Both the position numbers and the translations under genes were made by a program. This document shows, piece by piece, positions 62,903 through 64,000 of a stretch of DNA of 64,000 bases. The notes under the pieces are model-generated. The model did not search any database and was not told the DNA's origin. It worked only from the letters and a program-made list of their open reading frames with translations. Numbering within the stretch: the first letter of the stretch is position 1; each line of letters starts with the position of its first letter. Source of the stretch: Klebsormidium nitens (lineage: Eukaryota; Plantae; Klebsormidiophyceae); the NCBI GenBank assembly GCA_000708835.1, contig DF237348.1, positions 21,639 through 85,638 of the forward strand, given 5' to 3'.

Positions 62903-64000
62903 ATGGCGTCTGCCGCAGTGCTCTTCAAAGTGGCTGGGGCAAAAACTTTATGTTCGCGCGGGCAGGCAGACATTGCCCCTGCAACGCCCCAGCGATTCGC
63001 TTTCAGGACACTTCCTCCATCTCTGTATGAGGGATTGAGGCTGGGCCGGTTTCATTCCGACTACAGGGTGGGGTCAGGATTGAGGCGCTTCTCGCCGAGG
63101 GCAGAGATTCCCCGGGAGGGAGCAGAGTCTACCGGAAGTTCCAACTTGGTTGACAGCGTGCCTCAGGCTGAACAGGTCAAGGATGAGGCACAGGCTCTCA
63201 AGTCGAGCATCAAGCGTGTGGAGAAGGAGATTGACGATGTGAAGAACCAGATTAAGACTGCTGCGGCTGCAGGCAAGAGCACAGAGTTCTTGCAGCGGGA
63301 GAAGACCGCGCTGCGGCAGAAGGAGGCCGCGCTGCGGCAGAAGGAGGCCGCGCTGGAGCAGCGACTGACCGCGCTCGTGCAGGCGGAGGTGGAAAAGTTG
63401 AAGCTGCAGCAGACACCAGGTACGTCTCCCGTCGTCTTACGCATGGAGAGCGGTCTCCTTGGAGCAGCCCAGCAAACCAGCGCACAGATGTGAAAAGACC
63501 ATGAGCGGCGCTCTGCTGCCAATGTTGTGCTGCAGGCAATTCCCCTGCTGCTTGTCGATGTTTCGCAAAGAGAGTGGTAGGGCACACCGCACAGAGGGTA
63601 TTCTATCTGTCTTTGCCTGCAGTTCAGGTGTCTGCTCAATGAGCCATGGCAATCTGTCTCGATTGTTGCTGCTTAAGAAGGGTTTTTGTATCTGTGTTTG
63701 CCTGATGTTGGTGTGTTGCTCTGTGGGTCATGGCAACATGCAGGCGGAAAGGTTTTGCGGTGCAGAGAAACTACTTCCAACCTCATAGCCTGCTTAGCAT
63801 TTGCAGTTGGCTTATCCAGTGACTGCGTGTGGAATGCTGACAGATAGCTTCTGTCGTGTGCAGCAGCGGGGATTCCAGACCCTGCAGTCTTGGGTAAGTC
63901 TTTGTACCTGTCTCCACCTGTTGGCGCTGTGTGCTGAAGCGCTTGTCGCACCTGTCAGCATTGTCTTCTATTTGATCGCTGTTTCAGGTGCTGTTTGACT
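62903..64000 (+). CDS. First exon (62903-63419) of a coiled-coil protein with a transit-peptide-like N-terminus; presumably continues past the window
   Basis: MASAAVLFKVAG... then IKRVEKEIDDVKNQI...LQREKTALRQKEAALRQKEAALEQRL, including a 21-nt tandem repeat. The exon ends at the CCAG/GTACGT donor. Confidence 0.55.

Overview
Intron-rich eukaryotic nuclear DNA, most likely from a Klebsormidium-like charophyte alga. This is inferred from a (TTTTAGGG)n telomere-type repeat and streptophyte-type genes. Positions 0.8-47 kb hold host genes: YKT6, COX10, PLD-zeta, mitochondrial uL29m/MRPL47, a DOG1-domain gene, HCAR, SUFB and a small conserved plant protein. They are interspersed with a truncated LINE capped by telomeric repeats, two MITE-like elements and an intronless 544-aa orphan membrane-protein ORF. 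The standout is ~49-61.7 kb, a virus-like module. It has two tyrosine-recombinase-like ORFs, a 28-bp perfect palindrome, an MC1-like DNA-packaging protein gene, and an AEP (PrimPol-type) primase fused to a UL9/origin-binding-type SF2 helicase. I can thread that replicase gene through at least 14 phase-compatible spliceosomal exons, several of them duplicated cassettes. Six of its introns carry 15 copies of one ~62-nt hairpin that I did not see elsewhere in the window. No capsid or PolB gene is visible. All family calls come from motif recognition by eye; no database search was run. A partial coiled-coil protein gene starts at 62.9 kb.
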